Shown: positions 8,313-17,503 of the stretch, one piece after another
Layout of the letters: every line of letters starts with the position of its first letter
Numbering within the stretch: the first letter of the stretch is position 1
Assembly (NCBI GenBank): GCA_030754595.1
Contig: JASLZZ010000004.1
Span: forward strand, 1-30,540
DNA from: Nitrospinota bacterium
GTDB lineage: Bacteria > UBA8248
Reading direction: 5' to 3'
DNA: 30,540 bases
Made by a program: the position numbers and the translations under genes
Notes under the pieces: model-generated
Databases searched by the model: none
What the model saw: the letters and a program-made list of their open reading frames with translations, nothing else
Told to the model about the DNA's origin: nothing

Positions 8313-9647
8313 ATGTTTGAAGGTTTGCGGGATCGCCTGACCGGAATTTTCAGGGACATACGCTCCCGGGGTGTGCTCGGGGACCGGGAGGTCGATGCCG
8401 CCCTCCGCGAGATCCGGCTGGCCCTCCTCGAGGCGGACGTCAACTTCAAGGTCGCCAAGGATTTTATCGCCCGGATCAGGGGCGATCTCGTCGGAATCAA
8501 TCAGGCCGCCCACCTCGACCCCTCCCAGCAGGTCGTAAAAGCGGTGCAGGCCGCCCTGGTCGAATTGATGGGCGGCCGCGGGGCGGAACTCGAAAAGGCT
8601 TCCTCGGGCGCGACGACGGTGATGTTCGTCGGCCTTCAGGGATCGGGGAAGACCACCAGCGCGGGCAAGCTCGCCCTCCGGCTGAGGGAGCGGGGCCTTC
8701 GCGTCCTGCTGGTGCCGGCGGACGTGGCCCGGCCAGCCGCGATCCTTCAGCTCAAGCGGCTCGCCGAGCTGTCCGGGGCCGATGCGTTCGACTCCGAGGG
8801 GATGAAGGACCCTGTCGCCATCGTGTGCTCGGCGATGGAGCGATCCAAACTCGAGCACTACGACTATTGCATCGTGGACACCGCGGGCCGGATGCAAGTG
8901 GACGAGGCCCTGATGGACGAGCTTCGCCTGATGAAAGAGGCGGCCTCGCCCCATGAAGTCCTGCTCGTGGCGGACGCCATGACCGGCCAGGAGGCGGTCA
9001 ATCTCGGCGAGGCCTTCGCCGCCGCCGTCGGCCTGACCGGGGTCGTGCTCACGAAGATGGACGGCGACGCGCGCGGCGGGGCGGCGGTTTCCCTTGGCAC
9101 GGTGACCGGGGTGCCCATCAAGCTCGTTGGCGTCGGCGAGAAGCTCGACGCCCTCGAGGAGTTTCACCCCGAGCGGATGGCCTCGCGCATTCTCGGTATG
9201 GGCGATGTCCTATCCCTCATCGAAAAGGCCGAGGTGGCCTTTGAGCCCGAAGCGGCCCGGGCGATGGCCGAGAGCATCCAGAAGGGGGCTTTCTCGCTCG
9301 AAACGCTGCGCGACCAGATGATCCAGATGCGCAAGATGGGTTCGATGAGCGATCTTCTCTCGATGGTTCCCGGGATGGGCGACAAGATGAAGGATGTCGA
9401 GGTGGACGATAAAGAGATCGTCCGCACGGTGGCCATCATCGACTCGATGACGCCCGAGGAGCGGCGGCGCCCGGCGCTCATCAAGGCCAGCCGCCGGAAG
9501 CGAATCGCGGCGGGAAGCGGAACCGAGGTCATGCACGTTAACAGGGTGCTCAAGCAATTCAAGCAGATGCAAAAAATGATGCGCGGATTTTCCAAAGATG
9601 GAAAACGCAAACAGATGCAAATGATGCAGCAGATGCTCAATCATTAA
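8313..9647 (+). CDS. ffh: Signal recognition particle protein
   Basis: ALLEADV, GLQGSGKTT, DTAGR, TKMDGDARGG, RILGMGD and a Met-rich M domain. Confidence 0.99.
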   Translation: MFEGLRDRLTGIFRDIRSRGVLGDREVDAALREIRLALLEADVNFKVAKDFIARIRGDLVGINQAAHLDPSQQVVKAVQAALVELMGGRGAELEKASSGATTVMFVGLQGSGKTTSAGKLALRLRERGLRVLLVPADVARPAAILQLKRLAELSGADAFDSEGMKDPVAIVCSAMERSKLEHYDYCIVDTAGRMQVDEALMDELRLMKEAASPHEVLLVADAMTGQEAVNLGEAFAAAVGLTGVVLTKMDGDARGGAAVSLGTVTGVPIKLVGVGEKLDALEEFHPERMASRILGMGDVLSLIEKAEVAFEPEAARAMAESIQKGAFSLETLRDQMIQMRKMGSMSDLLSMVPGMGDKMKDVEVDDKEIVRTVAIIDSMTPEERRRPALIKASRRKRIAAGSGTEVMHVNRVLKQFKQMQKMMRGFSKDGKRKQMQMMQQMLNH

Positions 9648-9656
9648 GGAGAGAAA

Positions 9657-9902
9657 ATGGCGGTAAAAATCAGGCTTGCCCGTGGCGGAATGAAAAAGGC
9701 CCCGTGCTATCGCGTCGTTGTTCAGGACGAGCATATGCCGAGGGACGGACGGTTTATCGAGGCCGTGGGGCGATATGATCCCACGAAGAGCCCCTCCCTC
9801 GTCGAACTCGACGCCGAGAAGATCAAGGGGTGGCTGAGCAAGGGGGCCAAACCCACCCGGACGGTCCAGAACCTGCTCGACAAGGCCGGAATCGGAATCT
9901 AG
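9657..9902 (+). CDS. rpsP: 30S ribosomal protein S16
   Basis: [11 protein letters not shown]...[21 protein letters not shown]. Confidence 0.99.
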   Translation: MAVKIRLARGGMKKAPCYRVVVQDEHMPRDGRFIEAVGRYDPTKSPSLVELDAEKIKGWLSKGAKPTRTVQNLLDKAGIGI

Positions 9903-9938
9903 GCCCCTCTACGCCGCCGGGAGTCAGGAGGAGCCGGG

Positions 9939-10472
9939 ATGAGCGGGCGCGTGGCCGTGGGAGTGGCGGTCAAGGCCCAGGGGCTCAAGGGCGAGGTCCG
10001 CGTCCGTCCCTGGCTGGACGATGTGGATGATTACGCGGAAATCGGAGAAGTATTCCTCGCCTCCGACCCCTCGAGCGGGCTCGAGATCGAATCCTTCAAG
10101 AAAGGTGGAAAGGGTTCGGTCGTTTGGAAGTTCAAGGGCTTTGACAGCCTCGAAGCCGCCGAAGGGCTTCGGGGCGAAGTTTTTTTGGCCGATCGGACGC
10201 TCCTCCCGGGTCCCGGCGAGGGCGTCTACTACTGGGAGGATTTCGAGGGCCGCGATGCGGTGGATGAGTCGGGTCGCCCGTTGGGCCGGATTGTGGACAT
10301 GTTCGGTGCCGGCGGCAACGACGTTATCGTCATCAGGTCCCCGGAGGGAGGAGAGCTTCTGATCCCCGCCGTCCGGGAGGCGGTCATTCGCGGCGAGGAG
10401 GGCCGCTGGGTTTTCCGGCCCCCCGAAATCGCCGACGATCAGGGCGAGGAGGAGGGCCGCGGTGAGGTTTGA
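9939..10472 (+). CDS. rimM: Ribosome maturation factor RimM
   Basis: [22 protein letters not shown] and LLIPAV; located between rpsP and trmD. Confidence 0.95.
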   Translation: MSGRVAVGVAVKAQGLKGEVRVRPWLDDVDDYAEIGEVFLASDPSSGLEIESFKKGGKGSVVWKFKGFDSLEAAEGLRGEVFLADRTLLPGPGEGVYYWEDFEGRDAVDESGRPLGRIVDMFGAGGNDVIVIRSPEGGELLIPAVREAVIRGEEGRWVFRPPEIADDQGEEEGRGEV

Positions 10473-11190
10473 TGTCCTGACGGTCTTTCCCGAAATGCTC
10501 GAAGCCGTCTTCGGCTACGGCGTCGTCGGCCGGGCGCGGGAGCGGGGCCTCATTGAGCTCAAGGCGTGGGACCTCCGGGACTTCGCCGAGGGGAGCTACC
10601 GCCAGGTGGACGACACGCCCTACGGCGGCGGCGGCGGAATGGTCATGAAGCCTGAGCCGATCACCCGGGCGATCGAGACCGTCTCGGCCGAATGCTCGCC
10701 CCGGCGGATATTTCTCTCCCCCCAAGGGAGACCCTTCGATCAGAAAAAGGCCGAGGAACTGGCCGCCGGAGGGAGTCCGCTGCTCTTGATCTGCGGCCGC
10801 TACGAGGGAGTGGACGAGCGCGTCCGCGAGGGGTTCGTTGACGAGGAAATCTCGGTGGGCGATTACGTGCTGACCGGGGGCGAACTCCCGGCCCTGATCG
10901 TGATCGACGCCGTGAGCCGGCTCCTGCCCGGAGTGCTGGGCAACGAAGACTCGGCCGCCAACGACAGCTTCACAACGGGGCTGCTGGACTGCCCCCACTA
11001 CACGCGGCCCCCCGAGTTCAGGGGGATGCGGGTGCCCGAGGCGCTCATGTCGGGGAATCACGACGAGATTCGCCGATGGCGCCGCCGGGCCGCCCTGGAC
11101 CGCACCAGGGAGCGGCGGGGCGATCTGCTCGACAGGGCGGAGCTGAGCGAGGAGGATCGCCGCCTGATGGGGCGGTCCCCCGAGAGCTGA
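10462..11190 (+). CDS. trmD: tRNA (guanine37-N1)-methyltransferase
   Basis: [35 protein letters not shown] and PHYTRP. Confidence 0.99.
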   Translation: MRFDVLTVFPEMLEAVFGYGVVGRARERGLIELKAWDLRDFAEGSYRQVDDTPYGGGGGMVMKPEPITRAIETVSAECSPRRIFLSPQGRPFDQKKAEELAAGGSPLLLICGRYEGVDERVREGFVDEEISVGDYVLTGGELPALIVIDAVSRLLPGVLGNEDSAANDSFTTGLLDCPHYTRPPEFRGMRVPEALMSGNHDEIRRWRRRAALDRTRERRGDLLDRAELSEEDRRLMGRSPES

Positions 11191-11222
11191 GAGGCCCCGA
11201 GGCCTGAGAGGGAGGAGCCGGT

Positions 11223-11843
11223 TTGTTCCGCAGCTATATCGCGCTGATTCACCATCCGGTGGTGGACCGGACGGGCCGAGAGGTAACCTCATCGGTTACG
11301 AGCCTGGATATGCACGATCTGGCCCGGGCGGCCCGCACCTATGGCATCCGGGGCACGTTTGTGGTACACCCTTCGGCGGTTCAGCGTCGGTTTGTCGCCC
11401 ACGTGACGGGGCATTTCGTCAGCGGCGCCGGCCGGCGGGCTCACCCCGAGCGGGGCGAGACCCTGGATATGCAGCTCAACGTCGTTCCGGACCTCGATGG
11501 CGCGATTGAGGCGATTGAGGCCCGGGAGGGCGAAAAGCCCCTGCTGGTGGGCACATCGGCCAGGGAAGGGGATGGCGCCACCGGCTACGGGGAGATGGGC
11601 GCTCTTCTTAGGGGCGGCGCCCGGCCCGGCCTGATTCTTTTCGGCACGAGCTGGGGGCTGACGCCCGAGGTGATGGATCAACTGGATTTCAGGCTTCCCC
11701 CCCTTCGAGGTCGGGAGGTTTCCGGGTATAATCACTTGTCGGTCCGGGCGGCGGCGGCCGTCATCCTGGATCGCCTGTTTGGCGACAGGGAGACGCCCGA
11801 AGCGGCGGCGGCCGAATCGTTCGAAGAAGGAGCAAGGCCTTGA
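11223..11843 (+). CDS. Stand-alone SPOUT RNA methyltransferase (Methyltrn_RNA_4/DUF2168 type)
   Basis: [32 protein letters not shown] and [17 protein letters not shown]; located between trmD and rplS. Confidence 0.9.
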   Translation: MFRSYIALIHHPVVDRTGREVTSSVTSLDMHDLARAARTYGIRGTFVVHPSAVQRRFVAHVTGHFVSGAGRRAHPERGETLDMQLNVVPDLDGAIEAIEAREGEKPLLVGTSAREGDGATGYGEMGALLRGGARPGLILFGTSWGLTPEVMDQLDFRLPPLRGREVSGYNHLSVRAAAAVILDRLFGDRETPEAAAAESFEEGARP

Positions 11844-12187
11844 ATGTCATTGATCGCATAGAGCGCGAGGGGATGCGAAAAGATGTCCCCGATTTCGGGC
11901 CGGGAGATACGGTCCGGGTTCACGTCAAAATCGTCGAGGGCGATAAAGAGCGAATCCAGGTGTTCGAGGGACTCGTGATCGGCCGCAGCGGTGGGGGGCT
12001 CAGGGAGACATTCCGGGTCAGGAAGTTGTCCTACGGCATCGGCGTCGAGCGGATCTTCCCGATTCACTCCCCGAGGATCGAGAAAATCGACGTAATCCGG
12101 AGGGGGCGCGTCCGCCGGGCCAAGCTCTACTATCTCAGGGATCGGCGGGGCAAGGCGGCCCAGGTGAAGGAAAAACGCCACCGCTAG
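11840..12187 (+). CDS. rplS: 50S ribosomal protein L19
   Basis: [26 protein letters not shown] and [13 protein letters not shown] start with a GAAGGAG RBS. Confidence 0.99.
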   Translation: MNVIDRIEREGMRKDVPDFGPGDTVRVHVKIVEGDKERIQVFEGLVIGRSGGGLRETFRVRKLSYGIGVERIFPIHSPRIEKIDVIRRGRVRRAKLYYLRDRRGKAAQVKEKRHR

Positions 12188-12222
12188 AAGCGGCCCGGAA
12201 GCAAACCGAGTATCGATACCAC

Positions 12223-12254
12223 ATGCGGCGGGGGATTCCCCGCCGTGTTTTTTT
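12223..12254 (+). terminator. Intrinsic terminator after rplS
   Basis: ATGCGGCGGGG-GATT-CCCCGCCGTGT hairpin followed by a T-run. Confidence 0.9.
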
Positions 12255-12266
12255 ATCTCTCCATTA

Positions 12267-13265
12267 TTATCCTTCGAGGAATAGCCGTACTTCCCCGTAG
12301 AGCTCCTCGTGTCTTCTCTCGAACTGAATAAAATGGGTGGCGTCGCCGATGATGACGTGGCGCTTGCCCCGGCTGGCGGTCAGGGCCTTATAGAGACCGT
12401 TGGCCTCGGGGTCGAGCGATCCGCGGTCGTGGTCCCCTCGTATCAGGAGAACGGGAATTTTTATTTTCGAGGCGTCGTAGAGGGGAACCCCCCGCGCGCG
12501 GTCGTAGCGATCGGCCAGAGGGCCGTTTGGCACCTTGACGGCCGGCACCCGCCGTTTCCTCCCCTCGGGGTCGAATTTGAGTTGTTCCTCCCAGTAGTAT
12601 TTCACGGCGCGGGCTTCGCGCCATTTTTTGTGTTGCCCCCGGGGGATGCTGCCGTCCCAGCGCTCCATCTGTTCCCGCCGGGTGACCCAGCGCCAGGCGC
12701 CGAATTTCGGGTCGAGGCGGCCCGGATGGCGGGGGTCCTCCGAGAGGACGGCCACCTCGGGCCGCTCGTATGCGTAAAAGGGCGCATAGAGGACAAGCCG
12801 GCGGATGCGCGCGCCGTTTGCCGCAGTGTAGGCCGCCGATGTGGTCGTGCTGAACGAGTAGCCGAGCAGGTTGATCCGGCCGAGAGAGCGGCGCCCCAAC
12901 ACGAAGCGGACGGCCGCATCGATGTCGCGCAGGGCCACATGGCCTCGTCCTGCGGGCGGATTGGCGAGCCGGGGGGCCGAAAGCTCGGGCTGGCGCGACG
13001 AGAGGCCGTAGCCCCGGATGGTGAGGGCGAAAACATCAAAGCCCCTCAGGGCCAAATAGTCCATCCACGAGTAGCCGGGCAGGCGGATGTCGAAGGTATG
13101 AGGCGCCGTCATGCTCTGCCCGTGGAGAAGAAGGATAGTTCTCGCCTCCTCGAAGCGCGTCAGCCCGCGTGGGCGCTTCTCGCGTATATGAAGGCGAATT
13201 CCAGGGTCCTGGCCGTCGATGAAATGATCTTCCTGAATAATTTTTGGGGACGACATTCGGCGCAT
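12267..13265 (-). CDS. Alpha/beta-hydrolase fold protein
   Basis: LLLHG, RGYGLS, nucleophile elbow GYSFS, RGDHD and C-terminal DATHF. Start may be the second ATG at 13256. Confidence 0.9.
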   Translation of the reverse strand: MRRMSSPKIIQEDHFIDGQDPGIRLHIREKRPRGLTRFEEARTILLLHGQSMTAPHTFDIRLPGYSWMDYLALRGFDVFALTIRGYGLSSRQPELSAPRLANPPAGRGHVALRDIDAAVRFVLGRRSLGRINLLGYSFSTTTSAAYTAANGARIRRLVLYAPFYAYERPEVAVLSEDPRHPGRLDPKFGAWRWVTRREQMERWDGSIPRGQHKKWREARAVKYYWEEQLKFDPEGRKRRVPAVKVPNGPLADRYDRARGVPLYDASKIKIPVLLIRGDHDRGSLDPEANGLYKALTASRGKRHVIIGDATHFIQFERRHEELYGEVRLFLEG

Positions 13266-13470
13266 GGCGTTTCCTCTATGGGTGTACCGGCTCCGGTTCC
13301 AGCTCCCGCTTCGGCGATGGAGGCGGGCCTCGTTTGAATTCAGGTTTGAATTTCGCGCAATGATGATCTTATTCTACCCCCGAAGCTTCCGTTTAAACAG
13401 GCGCGCCTGAACAGGCTCTGCCTGAAAAGGCACCGCGCTGACCGCTTCCCGCGCCCGAATCAGGTTGTCC

Positions 13471-14070
13471 ATGTATACCCTGGAGCAGAGCCTCCGAAGC
13501 GAGGGATGGCGATCGGTCGCCGGCGTGGACGAGGTTGGCCGCGGGCCTCTCGCGGGCCCGGTCGTCGCGGCCGCGGTGATCCTCGATCCCGGCGATCCGA
13601 TAGCGGGTCTTGCCGACAGCAAAAAACTCACCCCCAAAAAGCGTGATTCGCTCTTCGCCGAAATCGGCGAGCGGGCGCTGTCCGTCGCGGTGGCGGGTGT
13701 CGGCGCGCGCGAGATCGAGCGGATTAACATTCTCCAGGCCTCTCTTCGTGCGATGGCCACGGCGGCCGGCCGCCTCGACGCCCCGCTGGACTATCTCCTC
13801 ATCGACGGCAACAAGAAAATACCCTTCGACGCACCGCAATCGGCGGTCGTTTCCGGGGACTCGAAATGCGCCTCGATCGCGGCGGCGAGCATCGTCGCCA
13901 AGGTGGTCCGGGACCACCTGATGAAACGTCTCGACAAGCGGTTTCCCTGCTACGGCTTTGCCCGCCACAAGGGCTACCCCACACGGGATCACCTCGCCGC
14001 GCTACGCGAGCACGGCCCCTGCGTCCTCCACCGGCGCACATTTCGAGGCGTTCCGGGAGCAGGACAGTGA
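13471..14070 (+). CDS. rnhB: Ribonuclease HII
   Basis: AGVDEVGRGPLAGPV, DSKKL, LIDGN, SIAAASIVAKV and HKGYPT. Confidence 0.98.
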   Translation: MYTLEQSLRSEGWRSVAGVDEVGRGPLAGPVVAAAVILDPGDPIAGLADSKKLTPKKRDSLFAEIGERALSVAVAGVGAREIERINILQASLRAMATAAGRLDAPLDYLLIDGNKKIPFDAPQSAVVSGDSKCASIAAASIVAKVVRDHLMKRLDKRFPCYGFARHKGYPTRDHLAALREHGPCVLHRRTFRGVPGAGQ

Positions 14071-14423
14071 GCCGGAGCCGAGGGGCGGAAGGCGAGGAGG
14101 CCGCCTGCCGGGTTCTCCGGCGCGGCGGCTACAAGATTCTCGCGCGAAACTACCGGGGTCCGCGCTACGAGGTGGACATCGTCGCGCGCGAGGGAGATGT
14201 CATCGCCTTCGTCGAGGTTAAGATGCGGGCGCCGGGCAGCGAGGAGAGCGCCGCCGCCATCGACGCGCGCAAGCAAAAGCGAATCACACGCGCGGCCGAG
14301 CACTACCTGATGACTCACCCCGAGGCGCAGGGGGTCCAATGCCGGTTCGATGTGGTGTTGGTGGAGGCGGAGGCCGGCGCTAAGCCGAGAGGGGGCAGGC
14401 TGATGCGGGACGCTTTTCGCTAG
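14067..14423 (+). CDS. yraN: YraN (UPF0102) family protein
   Basis: GAEGEEAA..L...GYKILARNYR, EVDIVA, FVEVK and RFDVV; GTGA overlap with the rnhB stop. Confidence 0.92.
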   Translation: MSRSRGAEGEEAACRVLRRGGYKILARNYRGPRYEVDIVAREGDVIAFVEVKMRAPGSEESAAAIDARKQKRITRAAEHYLMTHPEAQGVQCRFDVVLVEAEAGAKPRGGRLMRDAFR

Positions 14424-15271
14424 CGGCGCTTTTCGGGTTTGACGAGAACGCCGTCCACATCTCCGTAATAAATGGCATCCTCCACCGTCGTGGCGACGGG
14501 GACCATTTCGGGATCGAGCCAGACACGGACTTCCCCCGTTTCCTGTCCGAAGAGGTTTTTCGGGACTTTGACGAGGACGAGCAGCCCTTTCTCCCCCGAG
14601 CGGCCGAACCGCTTGCGGTAGGCGCGCTCGGCTTCGGCGGTGGGAATCCGGATCTCGAATTTCTGGAACTCCTCCTCCTCGCTGTCCTCTCCTTCGTTGG
14701 TCGCTTTCGCTTTGTAGTTTGGCAGTGTGAAAAGCGTAATATTTCGGCCGCGCTCAACCGGCCCGAGCCCTCCGATGCGGAAATTGAAAAGGCCGGAGAG
14801 GAGATCCTCGACCCGAGCGCCCTCGGGGATTGGATCGTGTCCCTTTCCGTAAAGCTTTTCGCGCCAAAAATACTTCCACTTCACCATTCCGCTTTCGGTG
14901 TCGATGACCGCTTCGGTCCGCTCGACGCCCGCCTGCTTACGGACCTGCTTGATGTAGAGGCGGCTGATGAAGCGGCGCCGGATGGGATCGAACTCCATTT
15001 CGCTGATATAGTGGTTTTCCCTTCCGTACATCAGAATGCCCGCGAGCCCTTTCGTTTCGGCGGTCAACTCGGCCCTGTAGCGTCTCCCGCCGATAGGGCG
15101 GATCGACAAGCGCCCCTGAGCCGCCTTCGTGAACAACAAAAATTGAATGTTGTAGGTGAACGACTCCGAGCGCGGCTCCGGCGCGGCGGCGGGGGCGCCT
15201 ATGCCAGAGAAAACGGCGGCGGCGATAAGTGCCGCCGCGCAAAATAGCTTCGCTGAAAAGTGCGTTGTCAA
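14420..15271 (-). CDS. Exported beta-rich protein, DUF3108-like
   Basis: Signal peptide (LFCAAALIAAAVFSG...AAA), E-x-F-x-Y-x-I, G-x-L-x-I, DLLSGLFNFR and VRVWL. TTG at 15271 is preferred because it lies 13 bp after the restored HD-GYP stop. Confidence 0.72.
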   Translation of the reverse strand: MTTHFSAKLFCAAALIAAAVFSGIGAPAAAPEPRSESFTYNIQFLLFTKAAQGRLSIRPIGGRRYRAELTAETKGLAGILMYGRENHYISEMEFDPIRRRFISRLYIKQVRKQAGVERTEAVIDTESGMVKWKYFWREKLYGKGHDPIPEGARVEDLLSGLFNFRIGGLGPVERGRNITLFTLPNYKAKATNEGEDSEEEEFQKFEIRIPTAEAERAYRKRFGRSGEKGLLVLVKVPKNLFGQETGEVRVWLDPEMVPVATTVEDAIYYGDVDGVLVKPEKRR

Positions 15272-15284
15272 AGGGAAATAATTC

Positions 15285-16632
15285 TCACTGGTTGGTGGGC
15301 AGTTCGGATTCTTCCACCTCATCGACGATATAGAGGAGAGGGAATTCCCTCAGCGATATAAAGCGGTCTTCCCCTATTTCGTTGCCGTCGGCGTCGAAAA
15401 TAAGCTGGACGACGGCACCGGAGGGGTTGCCCCGGAATTGTTTCGGTCACCCGGCCAATGGCGTTTGAATTCAGGCGGACCAGGCTGTTTAGCGAGAACG
15501 CCGAGAGCTCCTCGATCATCACCTTGAGGAGGCGCTGGTGGAACTGAACCTTTTGGGTCTGAACGATTTCCTGGACCGCTTTGTGCGGGAGCAACCGCTT
15601 GCGCTGAGGCCGGTGGTGAGTGAGGGCCTCGTAGACGTCGGCGAGCCCGATGATCTTTCCGTACTCCGATATCTGGCTTCCGGAAAGCCCCTGAGGGTAT
15701 CCCCGCCCGTTTTTCCGTTCGTGTTCGTGATAGACCGCCTCGGCGAGCCAGCTGAACTGATCGCCGTACATGTGCATGACGATCTCCATCCCGTACTGCG
15801 GATGGCTGCGGATTTCGGCGATCTCCTCGGGGGTCAGCTTGCCTTCCTTATGGCGGATTCCCTGGGAGATGGCGCACATGCCCACGTCGTGAATCAACGA
15901 GGCGACGCCGAGGCGGACGAGGCGGTCCTGCGACCACTTGAGGCCGATTCCCAGTTTCATCGAATAGACCGTGTGATTGAACAAATGAATTGCCATCGAA
16001 TTCGACTCGTCGATAACGCTGACGGCCAGGTTGTAAAGATTCTCCATGGCGTCGGGCTCTTCGATGAAGTCGTAGATGATGTCCTCGGCCTCGTCGAGCG
16101 GAGGTTTTTCGTCCTCGGCGATGGCCTGTAGAAAACCGATGATGAACTTGAGCGCCCGCTCCCGGAGAGGGGTATGAGGGTTGTTGAGAAGCGGGTCGAT
16201 GATAGAGGACTCGACGCCGGCGCCTTCTCCGCCGATGGATTCGGGGCCGGCCAGAACGGAGCGCCGGGGCCTTTTCTTTTCGGGCTCGCCCGCGGCCGCC
16301 TCGGGCGCGCGCCGGCTTTCATGGCGCAGATCCCGGGTGGGCGCGGCGGCGTCATCGAAGGGAGAGGGAGCCGCTTCCTCATCCTCGGGCGCGTGCCGGA
16401 CCTGTGGTGCGCCCGGCAAATCCAGCATGGGCGCCGCCTCCTCCTCCTCGGCGGGGATGGCCGCGGGGAGATCGGGAATGGGGGCCGCCGTTTCCTGAAG
16501 CTCCTGGAGGTTTCCCAACTCGCTCAGGCGAAAAGTCTCTTCTTTCGCGGGCGGCGGAGCGGCGGGTTTTTTCTTCTCAGGATCTTTTTTCGGGCCCTCG
16601 GGTTCGTCTTTGATCAAATCACTCAGGCGCAT
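15285..16632 (-). CDS. HD-GYP domain phosphodiesterase-like protein with an apparent one-base insertion near the 3' end
   Basis: IHDVGM, HPQYG, EHERKNGRGYPQGL and ADVYEALT..RP. The uninterrupted frame stops at 15319, while the family-like tail continues in the shifted frame to TGA at 15285-15287. Confidence 0.9.
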
Positions 16633-16635
16633 GGC

Positions 16636-17442
16636 CTATACCTCACCCTCGCTGTCGCTGATGACCTTATCCACCAGTTTACGATTAATTAGAGGGACCT
16701 TATAAGTAAATCCGACGAGGAGACACAAGTCGCACAGGTTGACGATCCGCCTCGGAATTTCTCCCGAGGCGTTGAAAATGTTCTTGATGGCTTCCTCCGA
16801 GAAGATGCTTTTATTCAGCCCGCCGACCTTGAGCCGGAAGAAAATGAATTTTACCGTATCCGTATAGTCCAGCGGACTGAGGGGGTACTTGATGGATATT
16901 CGCTGGCTGAGCTGGGGGATTTTCGCCACCTTCTTCAGAAGTTCGGGCTGGCCGACCAAGGTGAGGGTGAGCAAAAAACGGTCGTTCATCTGAAAATTCA
17001 GAAGAAGGCGAAGCTCTTCAAGGGTTCTTTTGTCCTCGATGGCCTGCGCTTCGTCGATGATGACGATCGTATCCTTGTCCTCCTGAATATTAGCCAGCAT
17101 TTTCTCGTTGAGGAGGCGGAGAAGATCCACCTTGGAAGTCGTGTCCTCCTGGACATCGAGCTGATAGAGGATCTCCTTGATGAAATCGACGGGCTCGAGG
17201 CTCGGGTTGGCGACCAGGCCGACATCGAAGCGCTTCGAATCGAGCTGGCGGATAAACGCGCGCGTCAGTGTGGTTTTTCCCATGCCGGCGTCGCCCGTCA
17301 GCATCGCCGCCCCCTTTCTCCCCTGGGCCGCGTAGATGAGACGGGTCAGCGCCTCCTCGTGCTTGGGAGAAAAGTAGAGAAAATCCGGGTTCGGAAGATT
17401 CTCTAAAGGAGGAACCTTTAAACCCCAATATTCAAGATACAC
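16636..17442 (-). CDS. ExeA/GspA-family AAA ATPase (ATPase domain only)
   Basis: MYLEYWGL..PP, Walker A GDAGMGKT, Walker B IIDEAQ, LEELRLLLN, LVGQPEL and GEIPRRI. Confidence 0.92.
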   Translation of the reverse strand: MYLEYWGLKVPPLENLPNPDFLYFSPKHEEALTRLIYAAQGRKGAAMLTGDAGMGKTTLTRAFIRQLDSKRFDVGLVANPSLEPVDFIKEILYQLDVQEDTTSKVDLLRLLNEKMLANIQEDKDTIVIIDEAQAIEDKRTLEELRLLLNFQMNDRFLLTLTLVGQPELLKKVAKIPQLSQRISIKYPLSPLDYTDTVKFIFFRLKVGGLNKSIFSEEAIKNIFNASGEIPRRIVNLCDLCLLVGFTYKVPLINRKLVDKVISDSEGEV

Positions 17443-17503
17443 GCGATGCCTACCTTATTTGTTCAGGGCAAAAAACATTGGCGAATCCCGGGAGGCGATA
17501 CGC

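Noticed and set aside
13313..13377. Fluoride riboswitch-like GGCGATGGAG...TGATGA...CTAC
   Set aside because: P1 and the pseudoknot cannot form, and no fluoride-related gene follows.
15272..15322. ATG at 15322 as the start of the DUF3108-like gene
   Set aside because: It lies inside the restored HD-GYP tail; TTG at 15271 gives a cleaner signal peptide.
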